Positions 26,701 to 37,589 of a DNA stretch of 64,000 bases are shown here, piece by piece. The stretch is from Antedon mediterranea. Taxonomy: Eukaryota > Animalia > Echinodermata. The notes under the pieces are model-generated. The model had not been told where the DNA came from. It did not search any database and was given only the letters and a program-made list of their open reading frames with translations. Made by a program: the position numbers and the translations under genes. The stretch covers positions 20,071,432 through 20,135,431 of the forward strand of contig NC_092679.1 in the NCBI RefSeq assembly GCF_964355755.1, in the 5' to 3' direction. How positions within the stretch are numbered: position 1 is the first letter of the stretch; the number at the start of each line of letters is the position of its first letter.

Positions 26701-29700
26701 CAACAGTTAAAATATTTTTTTATTAATTAATTTTCTCTTACGTAAATAAAAAAGACACATAAAACATACGTTTATAAAACTATAATACTACATTTAAATA
26801 AATGTTAACAAATATATGCCTAATTAAACGAAGTCTACAATCAAATCAATGGTCATTAATTTTTTTATTAGCACACATTTCACCGAGACCTGTAAAATAA
26901 AAAAACAATTTAAATATATAAAAATATTCATACGGCAAAAGCATCCGTTTTGCGCCGATCAAATCATTACAAGTAATTATTCAAATTGGGTACGAGTAGG
27001 CCAAAAAATGGGTACGAGTAAGCCAAAAATGGGTACGGGTAAGCCAAATAATGGGTACGAGTAAGCCAAATACTTGGGTACGAGTAAGCCAAATATTTAG
27101 GTACGAGTTGGCATGGGTACGGGTTGGTTTGGGTACGGGTTAGCCAAAGTGGGTACGAGTTGACCAATTATTTGGGTACGGGTTAGCCAAGTTGGGTACG
27201 AGTTGGCATGGGTACGGGTTGGTTTGGGTACGGGTTGACCAGCACCTGGCCTACGCATATTATAAAATATGGCCTCCATGGCCTACCTACAGGGATAGAG
27301 CCAGCCACCCGGCCCTACAAAATATCCCTAGCTTTGATCTGTGACAACCAGGCCTGACAAGACTAGACAAGTTATTTTTAACATTGACAAAATTCTACTA
27401 CATTTGGCCAATCACAGTTCGTTATTTATGGTCATATTTTTGTGACACGTTTGACCTGATAATGAAGCTCCGCCTACTTCACAATAACCTGGGTGACAAA
27501 AACATAAATGGCCAATCATAATTCGGAAAATTTGCTTGATTATGAGAGGCTCCGCCTACATCATCACTTGTTATGGCCACAGCAGCGCGCGAGTGGTTTT
27601 TTTTGCTGATGTTGCCAAGACATATGTCTTTTATGCTGGAGTTATTTTTATGAGGTCATTTCGTCCCAATTTCGAGTTCCCACAACCTACTAGCCATCCG
27701 GGCTTAAAGGAAGATACTTTAGGTAGCCCGGAGCTGTTTTTACTAGCCATTGTACGCCGGGCTAGCACTAAATCGAGCCCTGGGGGATAATATATCTTTA
27801 ATGAAATTAATCTGAAAATCTTCACCTGTATTAATAACTTATCATAGAAAGATGACAAGAAGTTCATGCAGCATCCAGCTAATGTCATAGCTTCCATCTC
27901 AAGGTGAAGCTCAGCCCTGGACATCTCTGCCATCCACTTCTGGAAGCAGAGTTCAACAGGGCCTAGCAGACCTGTTACATGACTCCAGTTGATTGGGGGT
28001 GGTGCAGGCTGATCAGAACTAGTTTCATCCGGTGGTCTAACATAAAAAAATCAAAGTAAATTATTGTGACTTTTTTTAAAAGTTTTTTTATGTTTTACCA
28101 TGTACAATTTAATGTCTTTTGGAAGCTCAGTCCTGAAGCCCCCTTTGGCTTACTTGTTAGCATTGGGTTTTCCGGTTTTGAGGCAAGTTAGGACATTTAA
28201 ATTAATAATCAACATTTTAGACACACAGAGGCTGTGTTCGGACGTAAAATTATGTGTGATCAGTGATCGTTTGGACGATGAACAATTTACACGTGTTAAC
28301 AAAAAATACCTAGCAGGGTCATATTTCATGCACCTCTTTACACAAATTGCTCCTTATCTTGCGGTTAACCAGCTTGCGGTTTAAGGTGTAATTGAAAAAT
28401 CCACCTCATGAGGTAGATTTTTAAAACGGCAAGTATATCGTAAAATTTACACCACACGCTACCATTACATGTGTAAATTTGCTCAGTAAATAGACCTACC
28501 TCATTTTAAGTTGAGACTGCAGACGTGCTGCCGTGCCTGCAACATTCACTGCCGCCTCTAATACACAAAATATTGCACTTGCTCGGAGTAGCTGTAACTG
28601 ATGAGCCAACACTGTTGGTGGCTCTTCAGTAACTGACAGAGGGAGTACAGACAGTCTTTGGAAGAGTTGCAACTGCTGCATGAACAATGGGTAAAGTTCT
28701 CTGTAAAAATCAGACAAATAAAAGTTAAGATTCTGAAAGTAGAGTCATTCTTTTTTCATTAACTTTACTTTTTACTGAAAAGTTTTATTTAAACAAAACA
28801 ATGCAAGCATGTCACCCACCTAAATGCATCACATGCCAGTCCATAGCCAATCAAAACATGCCACAACCTAAAGCTCTCGATACTCAAATTATACGCTTCT
28901 CCAATGTTCATCTGCATATCGGTCGGCTCCACAGAAACATAACGGATTATGATGCTGACCAATGAGAACTTTGAAAACTTAAAAAAAAAAACATTTTTGA
29001 ATGTAAATATAGAGTAGAACACTTTGGGAGACCCCAAACGGAGACTATTATGGGTCCTGAATTTGTGCTTGTATGTGGTATTGTTAAGCTCTCTGTCTAC
29101 ATTATCAAACTTTATGTGACAACAAAAATGTGATGTGACCATATATGGACATGATGATGTCATATCACTACCATATTTGGGCACATCACTACCATATTTG
29201 GGCACATCACTACCATTTTTGGGCACATTACACTTTTTTTGATAGTGTGTGTATTTGTTTGTGGCTTATTTTGTTTACCAATATGGTGGCCATGTTTCTT
29301 CCTGCTAGACAGAGTACCCTTAGCAATTTGACAGCAGAGATTACTGGATAGTTATAAACATCAGTAACAAGATCACCTGCAAAATATAATATATGAACAC
29401 ATGAGGCAAGTGAAAAGATAATAAGTATCATCTGAAATACGAAATGAATTAAAAAATTCATTTAATTACCTTGCCTGATCCAGGATGTTGTTGGCATGAA
29501 CAATGTGACGACCGTACCAACCAAGCGAGGGCACTTAGTTATTTCACTTGCCGATTGTGGAGAGTGTCGTGCTATTCGTATTAGTATAGTTAGAATGTTA
29601 AGCACGATGTCTGCAGCTGGTCGTACAACTTCCAGTATATAGCGTAACCGTGGCAGAACATTCATCTTTAGAAGTCCCTGTGAATTATAAACTTAATTAA

Positions 29701-32700
29701 TGTTAATAAACCGAATGCATAAAGTTAATCCTTTATTTTGCTGTACAAAACTAGAAAAAACAAGAGAAAAGGCGATAGTAATCACTGTACTAAACTCCTC
29801 ATAAACTAAAAAAAAACAATTAAATACACATTCAAATATTTACACCTTTACAACATCAGTATTTAATACTTCTGCATCTGGCTTGTCTTGTTTGCTTCTA
29901 CTAGCGCCCTCTTCTTCATCCTCTTCCTCGTCAAAATCTGTTGGTTCCAAGCATGGTACTTCACAGCCTTGGGACCAGAAATAAATCTTATCTAGTGTTT
30001 CCTATAAATAAGAAAATTATAATTTTAAAATAAATTTAAAATAGTCTAAATTTCGTCTGCTCTAGTTTATTTTCAGGTTATTTTTATTGGGCCTTAATTA
30101 TTTGGTTTCAATTGTAAATAGGTCCTTATCTAAATTTGAACAGGACCTTGATTTCTTACTGATAAAAGGCCTTTACTCCAAGCAAGTCTTAAATTGTAAA
30201 TAGATCTTTATATAAAAAACAGTAACATCACACCTCATCACCAGGATTGATCAAGAAAGAAGCCAGAGCTTCCGCTGCAGCTCCGATGACAACTTCAGCT
30301 GCATCGTCCAAAGCCCATCGAAGCAGGAACATGTATCCAGACTTAAGCAGCATTGAGATCAATGGTTTCTGTAGCTCACCATTAATGTCATGAATTCTGT
30401 ACTAGAAAAGATGATATTAAACTTAATAAGGTTCTGTCAACACTATCAAAATAGTTTGATGAGCCCTAATATGATAGTGTTATGCCCAAATAAGGTAGTG
30501 ATATGACATCATCATGTTCATATATGGGCACATCACATTTTTTTGTCACATAAAGTTTGATAGTGTAAACAGAGCTTTAGATTAGGGAGTATCCATATTG
30601 ATCTGCAGCCAACAGAACTAGTGCTGTGCCATGCAGAGTGTGAAATGAAGCTGGTTTGCCATAAACACTCTTGTGGTTTAAAGATAGGGCACATATGCAT
30701 ATCAAGAAGAGTCCCAGTTCTAGTCTAATCATTAGTCCATTTCACATTATTTTCAGTCTTATTATCTTTGAAATTGATAGGACCCTATTAATGTTCATAC
30801 AAAACATTAGGTATTGTGATCTAAGCAAATATTATGTTATCTTACACTGTAAACAATCCTTGCAAGTGTTTGTAGGCCTATAACTCGTTGACTTTGAACT
30901 GTGCTTCTTGATAAAATAAACAGCTCATCTATTGTGTAGCCAGGAACCTGAGAGCAAAGAAATATTTTATAATGCTTAAATCAGATATAAATATTGATTT
31001 ATAAACTAACCATTTCAGTTATTCTTAGTAATCATGAAACGCCATTTTTCACAACTCAGCAAGCAATTATGCAGCTATTGAGTCTAGTGACGCATTAATT
31101 TTTATTTTTTATTTAAACCTATATAGAGGGGTAACCCTTCCAGTTGGACAAATTAATGCTAGTTGATATTCAGGGGCCCTCTTAAATTACAATTAAATAC
31201 ATATAGAAATGATAAATGACATTAGGGAGGTTTCGCAATCTTACGAATACGATAACGAAAACGGATACGTCACGCACACGTATTCGTTTTCGTAAGCTTT
31301 CCAGTTGGACAAATTAATGCTAGTACATTTTTGTATGCCTTGTAACAAAGGACAATACTATTTATTTGTGAAGGGAAAAGTGTTAGATTTATAAGCACTT
31401 TGTTATACCTTCTTTATCTATTAACTTTATTATTTTACAATACACCATTTTCAGCACCTTCACAAGAGGAGGACAACCGACAAACTCACCTCTTGCTCGT
31501 CACCATGGTGATGAAGCCCTTCCTTAACTGGTATCTTCGCATCTCTTGCTAGCAGACGACCATTGAAGTCAAACCTAGCCAAGCCACCTTGCTTGTTCTT
31601 AGCCTTTGGTTCTGGTAGGTCTTTTAGCCAGGCTAACTTCTCTGTTTCTACTGCTGACATGTTGACCCACTCTTCCTTTACATCAACTGCTGAGTGTTTT
31701 ACTGATTCAAACAGATATGTTAAAAGTGAGTGTTTATTAAAGAATAAAGGATACAGTACTTTACTTTAAAATCAAATACCTATGTTAATCCTAAATGAAG
31801 CAAACAAATACTGTGATAGAACAACCTAATCACCAATCACAAGATGTATTAATAATAATTATTAATTTTTTATTTATTTTTTACTTCATACGCATCCAAC
31901 AGCAACTTAACTACTTTATAATTGATCATGCTTATAAACTCATTTGAGGCTTAGAGAGTGGAGTTGAAAGAGTCGTGAGTTACAACCCTACATTAGGTCA
32001 GGATTGAACTCTGGACCCTGGGATTGGAAGGCAAGCAGTATACCACAAAGCTACACTAATAATTAATTGAATAAATGTTAGCAATTACCAATCATGTTAA
32101 AAGATAAATATCAAACAGATAATAAGCAGCAAAACAGAAAGGATTTGTTTGACCTGTGACACAAAATAATCAATTAATCCCCCAATCACAATCAATCAAT
32201 CAATTAACCAATCAAAATCAATCAACCAATCAAAATCAATCAACCAATCGCAATCAATCAACCAATCAACCAACTACCCCTTGTCTCACCTTCCTCTGAT
32301 ATATTATGTACTTCTTTGCCACTATTATCTTTTTCTTGTGATGTGGAAGAAGCCATCTTTTTTTCTTCGTTAGATATCTGTACACCTTCCAAGTTTTCAT
32401 TCTGATTTGTTTCCATGGGTGATGGTGATTCTGACGCTTTCTTGGATTGAAGAAATTTAACAACATTTGGATCTATAAAAAGCAATTGTGAATGCAATGT
32501 AAATAGACTTTATAATGATGTACAGTAGCTACTACAAAGTAACTTTATCTTAACTTCTGTCAACACTATCAAACTAGTTTGACCAAAAAAGTGTGATGTG
32601 CCCAAATATGGTAGTGGTCAAATATGGTAGAGATATGACATCATGTCCATATATGAGTACATCACATAAAGTTTGACAAGGCTTTAGGGTGGCAAGATGT

Positions 32701-34758
32701 TTTGCCTAACTCTGTTTCTCAGGTGAAACAAATTGAAAATAAACTTGTCATGCAATATATATATACAGCTAGGAGAAAAATGGCAAAATCAGCACTGTGG
32801 TCTTGTTACAAAGTTGTCAAAACAATATAGATTATCTGAAACTCCTAGAAAGTAGGAAGCCTTTTGATATCCCCTGACTGTATAGTTACATAGAGTAAAT
32901 TATTTAAAAAAAATAATATTTATTGATATAGGAGACCTATTTACTTACCGAGCATGCTCAGAAGTCTTGTTTGTTCTTCTAATATCTCTTTCTCCGACAT
33001 TGTTTCCATCTTCTTTACATTCTCATCATGAATGACTTTTAAATCCACACTTCCTTGCTCACCTTGCAAACCTTCTCCTGACACAATATTTGACCTTGTA
33101 CTGGTAGACTCCGTTCTGTTGGTAGCCTCATCATTAGCAGTAGTTTGGTTAGAAGTTGTCATTGTAGTGACAGGTGGGAAGGCTACAGACACACCAAAGC
33201 TTGCTGGTTTGGAAGACTCCACTTGTTGTGCAAACAGACTTTTCTTTTTCCCTGTTGTCTGTAACAAATTTGAATTTAAGATTTTCAGAACAAAAATAAC
33301 CTTTAATAAAAGGAACACTAGCACTAGTCTCTATTGCGTCTCGATACTTACATTAGTAGATGAAGCCTGCCCTCTATGAAGAACCGTTGGAAAACCTTGG
33401 GTTGTTGAATTCGGAAGGTATACAGGTATATTTTTTACATCGTGTTCCTACATAAAATAAAGTTAAGATTTCGTCCAATGGTTAAAATTTGAAAATTAAT
33501 TTTACACTTGAGTATACAGCAAAAACACTCAAAATATGCAGGTTATACACAATGATTACAAAACATATATTTTTAATTTGTAAAGGCAACTTAAATTATA
33601 TCATCAAAATAAACTTATTTACCATAATTTCAGTCAATACACTTTGAAGATCAGAATCTTTAGCTGAAAAAGAATGAAAAAAAATAGAGTAAAGTTAGAG
33701 TATAAGCAATGTGATGTGCCCATATATGGACATGATAATGTCATATCACTACCATATTTGGGCATATCACCTACCATATTAAGGCACATACTTTTTTGTA
33801 AAACTAGTTTGATAGTGTGGTCGGAGCTTAAGAAATTCAGATAGATCTGAGTTTTCTAGACTGTTTTTGCTAGGTTAATAACAAGAGGTCCTGGGACTAT
33901 TATCGATGAATGATGTTTTAAATGATGACTACAAAAGATTTACCATCCATAGCTTCATATGGATTTTGGTTCGCTTCGAGGTCAATCACTATACGCTGGG
34001 AGCTTGATGCTCCTGTCTGATGAAAGAAAAGAGGGGCAACTTTGAAAAAACAAATATGGATAAGATCTTTACATTGGTGAACATTATTGAACTGTTTTAT
34101 GACAACTCTAGTTATTTTTTACAATATCTATGTAGTCTGTAGCTTGTTTTGAGCACTAAAAATTATTTGTATCTATTGAAAATAATTGTTTTGTGTTACC
34201 ATAGCGATATTATAGTGAATACTTACTTCTTTAGTTTGTTCAGCTTTAAACCGCGATTGCTTTTTCTGATTCTGATCACCAGATAGTGCTATGCCCGGTA
34301 CGCCTTCTGAATTAAGAAAAAAATTGAAGAGACCTAACCATAAAAATGCAGGGTGGCATCAAAAGTCTGGTAGAATGTATCGTCTAATGGGTGACAAGAC
34401 ATTCTACTAGACTTTTGAGGATGTCAATTAAAGGTACATAATATGTGGATGGTCTATAATAATAATTAGTCAGTCCTTATGTCAAACAAAAAAAAAGCAC
34501 AATAATATAACAGTCTTTTAATGTATACTTATTATTAAGAAAATATTTATTTTGAATATTACCAGTCATTTGTACAACATCTCTCTTGATTCTTCCATGT
34601 TTCTCTGGCGCACTTTCGACTGTTTTGCTGCCCTCTGCTTTGCGCTTGTCTCCAGCTTTGACAACTGTTACGGATGGGTTCACTTTGTCCTTTAAGAATT
34701 GTTCCTGAAGTTTTAAGAGGTCTTCCTCTCCCTCGCCTGGCTTTGGACGTTTTATCAT
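17737..34758 (-). CDS. RPAP1: RNA polymerase II-associated protein 1 (~1415 aa, 27 coding exons)
   Basis: N-terminus MIKRPKPGEGEEDLLKLQEQFL; RPAP1_N-type IHDENVKKMETMSEKEILEEQTRLLSML; RPAP1_C GLHHHGDEQEVPGYTIDELFILSRSTVQSQR; PTDWMFMPLL; FAAVSFGDHLFG. Phase-consistent GT-AG exons: 34563-34758, 34227-34306, 33944-34016, 33623-33663, 33352-33447, 32949-33258, 32290-32472, 31490-31701, 30846-30947, 30234-30401, 29846-30001, 29470-29677, 29279-29376, 28820-28977, 28500-28700, 27826-28036, 23239-23348, 22786-22978, 22239-22388, 21095-21237, 20254-20475, 19618-19743, 19273-19436, 19049-19181, 18719-18884, 18110-18349, 17737-17844 (TAG). An acceptor at 34779 implies an upstream non-coding exon. Confidence 0.95.
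20754..20919 (+). mobile_element. PIF/Harbinger MITE family B
   Basis: TIR AGCTTGGTTCCCACTAG / CTAATGGGAACCACGCT, TTA on both sides (20751-20753, 20920-20922). Other copies at ~23056-23213 (decayed), 39357-39585 and 56812-56935. Confidence 0.85.
20928..21050 (+). mobile_element. Harbinger MITE family A, abutting the family B copy
   Basis: AGCTCTGTCTACACTATCAGAC ... GTTTGATAGTGTAGACAGAACC followed by TTA. Confidence 0.8.
21280..21845. mobile_element. Kolobok-like non-autonomous DNA transposon
   Basis: TTAA on both flanks (21276-21279, 21846-21849), AG...CT termini, imperfect TIR AGCTCAGGTAC / GCACCTGGCCT. Confidence 0.6.
23975..24630. repeat. TTGCGCAA array/palindromic element (probably a foldback-type MITE)
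   Basis: About 11 perfect TTGCGCAA octamers in two clusters (23999-24134, 24570-24618). Perfect 38-bp inverted arms at 24031-24068 and 24074-24111. Confidence 0.8.
24904..27247. mobile_element. Mutator/Foldback-like non-autonomous transposon
   Basis: Left arm GGTCAACCCGTACCC with tandem (C/T)CGTACCC repeats (24911-25043), mirrored by GGGTACG(A/G)GT repeats ending GGGTTGACC (26987-27240). Flanking direct repeat GGCCTACG at 24896-24903 and 27248-27255. Confidence 0.8.
29087..29249 (-). mobile_element. Harbinger MITE family A with internal 21-bp triplication
   Basis: Left TIR present; ATCACTACCATATTTGGGCAC occurs three times; lies in an RPAP1 intron. Confidence 0.8.
30429..30576 (+). mobile_element. 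Harbinger MITE family A
   Basis: Both TIRs present; ends CAGAGCT-TTA. Confidence 0.8.
31925..32058 (-). mobile_element. tRNA-derived SINE fragment
   Basis: Minus strand has A-box-like TAGCTTTGTGG and B-box GAGTTCAATCC. The body matches 21918-22040 and is related to 43305-43570. Confidence 0.6.
32183..32272. repeat. (CAAT)n degenerate tetranucleotide repeat
   Basis: Tandem CAAT/CAAC/CAAAAT units in an RPAP1 intron. Confidence 0.85.
32553..32683 (+). mobile_element. Harbinger MITE family A (decayed)
   Basis: CTGTCAACACTATCAAACTAGTTTGAC...GTGATGTGCCCAAATATGGTAG body. Confidence 0.75.
33708..33828 (-). mobile_element. Harbinger MITE family A (one TIR lost)
   Basis: ATGTGATGTGCCCATATATGGACATG ... 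ACTAGTTTGATAGTGTGGTCGGAGCT. Confidence 0.75.
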
Positions 34759-35056
34759 TTTCAGGTTTGATGCTTAGCCTTTAAGTAATCAAATGTTAAT
34801 TGAAATAGAAATGACTAGGCCTAAGGCTAGTATAAAGCTAGATATGCCTACCTACCTAGGTCTATATTAATAATATATACAGTACTGTATTAAAAATAAT
34901 AACTAATATAATTTAAATAACTTTGAAACATGCAGTACTACTACCTACTATTACTAATCTATAAAAGACTTCATCATCATGTGTAAAAACAAGTTAAACC
35001 CTTGAGGAATCCTACTGTAACATCAAAAGTGCATGCAGTCTACAGTAGATAGTGGT

Positions 35057-35494
35057 GTCATGCTAATCTTTGCCCGGTTAACCCGGCAGGACCCGGTATC
35101 GCCCGGTAGAGTTTTATGATAAAAAATGTTAAGTGATGTTAACATGATATTTAATATTATTGTAATATTTAATTTAATTGTATGTTTATACATTTTTTAA
35201 TATAAAAAACTGTAAAAATACTTACTATGTTTTCCTGAAAGTGAACGTCCTTTGTGGTAAGTGATGTTTCTGTTGACGCGTTGTGAGGAATGACAAGTTT
35301 AACAATGTTTTAACCGATTTTATCTTGTTTCTGGAAAGAAAATATATATATAGCCTAAGTTAAATTGACAACTAAAGCATCTTAATATAACATGTACTTG
35401 ACACCATTTTATATCATAATTTAAAACCCCATGGCATCAGGCGATACCAGGCCCTTCAAGATGGTGATACCGGGCAAAGATTAGTTAGTATGAC
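35057..35494. mobile_element. Non-autonomous TIR DNA element in the RPAP1 5'-UTR intron
   Basis: Inverted termini GTCATGCTAATCTTTGCCCGGT / ACCGGGCAAAGATTAG(TTAG)TATGAC with CCCGGT subterminal repeats. TSD not resolved. Confidence 0.65.
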
Positions 35495-35806
35495 TGGTCT
35501 AGTAGGCCCAGACCTGGCCCTGGCCTAGTAATAGTATGCCGTATTTATTAGGACAAAAACAAGCCTAGCTAGCCTAGGCATATGTAGTACAGCGCTCAGC
35601 CACCCACAGGTCAGAGGGGTAAACACCTACTAGCCTAGCTAGCCTACCTAGCTAGGCTAGGCCCTAGCTAGGTCTAGACCCTCTAGCTAAGCCTGGTTAC
35701 ACATCACCACACACACAGACTGGCTGCGCCCTCCCTCAGGCAAGAGGGGCCTTACCTAGCTAGGCCTAGGCTAGGGCCTTTTATTTATGACTGACTGATT
35801 TATGAC

Positions 35807-35875
35807 CGAATGACTAACATAACATCTTCCCCATAATACACCTGCACAGACTGATTTGCATAACAACGCACGGCG
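35807..35875 (+). promoter_or_regulatory. 69-bp module with ZNF143/Staf-like and octamer motifs (copy 1)
   Basis: TCCCCATAATACAC (SPH/SBS-like) followed by ATTTGCAT at 35854-35861. Duplicated at 36827-36895 with 4 mismatches. Lies upstream of RPAP1. Confidence 0.5.
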
Positions 35876-35994
35876 GCATACCAAATCGTTTCGTATACAC
35901 CACCTGCGATGATGAAAATATAAAATTCAATTTCTTTTAAAATTGAGGGCGGCAAACATAAAATTTACGAGATCGAATAATAGGCCTACAGGTT

Positions 35995-36270
35995 GAAAAA
36001 AAAATTAAATAAAAAAAAAGATGTTAACTGTGCACTCCCTGCCTCAGCACTAAGGCCCTGCCACAGCCTTTTGGGGTCGTTTCCAGCACATCACCAGATG
36101 CATTGATGTTGTCGCCTCATGATGAGTGGTGGAAAGGAGGACGTATAATTCTGTGAACCCCAAACACAGTGGCCGCATGCCTTTAACTCTATTCCACCGA
36201 CCAGCGTGGGAATCGAACCCACGACATACGTGTTGTCAACACGACGCTCAGGCGACTGAGCTAACTGGTT
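35995..36270 (-). mobile_element. tRNA-derived SINE (tRNA-Ile-like head with GAC anticodon)
   Basis: 36198-36270 folds as a 73-nt cloverleaf AACCAGT-TA-GCTCAGTCGCCTGAGC-G-TCGTGTTGACAACACGT-ATGTC-GTGGGTTCGATTCCCAC-GCTGGTC-G. It lacks the D-loop GG and the 1:72 pair, and is followed by a ~180-nt unique body and a T-rich tail. Confidence 0.7.
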
Positions 36271-36826
36271 ATTTTGGTTTTAACTAGGTTAATGTGAAAT
36301 TTATGATGAATTACGTAATACACGTATAAATAGACTATTATCAGCTGTTCAGTCATCATGTACTAATATGTGGCCTAACGGGTAATGCTCAGCTTTGGGT
36401 GCTCTCAGCTCTAGTAGATTGGGTTCGAACCTCTACGGATATTTTTTTTAAAATAAAAAATAAATAAATAAAAAAACAAAATAAATAAATTAAATAATGA
36501 ATATTGTTTTTCTTTTATTTTGAAATAGAGATATTTTAAAGGTTGTAAATGTCAGGCCTAAAAACAAGTGGACCATTTTTAAAATCAGTTGCATGGCATT
36601 ATTTTCCATTAAATAGACTGCCATTAAACCTCGAAAAGAAGCCCATGTGCTCCTTCATTTTTAGTACTCTTGGGTGAGCTTCTTTTCCACACGGAGTTCT
36701 TTTCGAGATTACTTTTGCAAACTAAGAGGAGCTGCTAGGTTCCCACCCGGAAAATGTTTTATTTACATGATTTGAATAATCTTCTAATGTAAATATTAAC
36801 AACATAGCAGTGTGGCGTGTTGTCCG

Positions 36827-36895
36827 CGAATGACTAACATAACATCTTCCCCATAATACACTTGCACAAACTCATTTGCATAACAACGCATGGCG
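36827..36895 (+). promoter_or_regulatory. 69-bp ZNF143-like/octamer module (copy 2)
   Basis: Direct repeat of 35807-35875 at an offset of 1020 bp; ATTTGCAT at 36874-36881. Confidence 0.5.
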
Positions 36896-37589
36896 TACCC
36901 AACTGTTTAAAATAGAGCTGCAAGGTCCCCGGATATGACATCTATTATTTTTTTCAAACAACATGTATAAGAATCGTCAGTACCCCAACATGCTTGGCCC
37001 GCGGGGGCTGAGCAAAGACAATTTTGAAAAATAGAGCTGCATCCGCATAGGTTCCCGCCCGAAAAAAAAAGGCACTTTACATGATTTGAAATTATATTAA
37101 ACAAACTATAAAAGACTCACCAGGACAATAAATAGAGCTTGTCCCTGGAAAGTGAACCTATTCATTGAAATATGAAATTAAATATTAATTTTCTAGTTGT
37201 TTTAACCAGAAACAATAGCAGAAACAAATCCGCCACTTTACAGCTTGGTTTAACAGATACAAAGACAATTACAACAACTCAAAAACACTTAAATTACGAC
37301 GAAACAGATAAGGATTGGAATTAAAAATGTTGATATGGGGATGGTCCTGGACTAAACTATTATAAGATAAACTTAATCTACTGATGTAACAATTTTTAAG
37401 AACATTGACTATGTTAAAGGAAACAAAACGGATATTGTTGTTTCTTAAATTCATTAAAATTTAGTGACTTTATTTCTATATACCACTGTGCTCCCCTGGT
37501 GCCAAATTTCATCCACTGGACCAGTTACCGTAGTACTACTTCTATTTCGGAAGTAAATGGAGGCATGAATGCTCCATCGTAAAACTGGA

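Larger units (their letters stand above)
23770..27782. mobile_element. hAT-like non-autonomous transposon with 6-bp TSD
   Basis: Perfect 14-bp TIR CAGGGCTCGATTTA / TAAATCGAGCCCTG, direct repeat GGGGAT at 23764-23769 and 27783-27788, and subterminal CTAGCC(C) motifs at both ends. No transposase ORF. Confidence 0.85.
23496..27797. mobile_element. Kolobok-like MITE family C, split by a 4-kb insertion in its right TIR
   Basis: 23496-23769 aligns with the family C copies at 55776-56055 and 56449-56780. The right TIR (GGGGACAATACATCT+TTAA) resumes as GGGGATAATATATCT-TTAA at 27783-27801. Confidence 0.8.

Noticed and set aside
26849-27279. ORFs with repeated PTRT/YPY peptides as a possible transposase
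   Set aside because: They derive from the GGGTACGAGT subterminal repeats and show no DDE domain.
36371-36435. Second tRNA gene on the plus strand
   Set aside because: Only A- and B-box remnants are present and the stems do not pair; a decayed SINE head at best.
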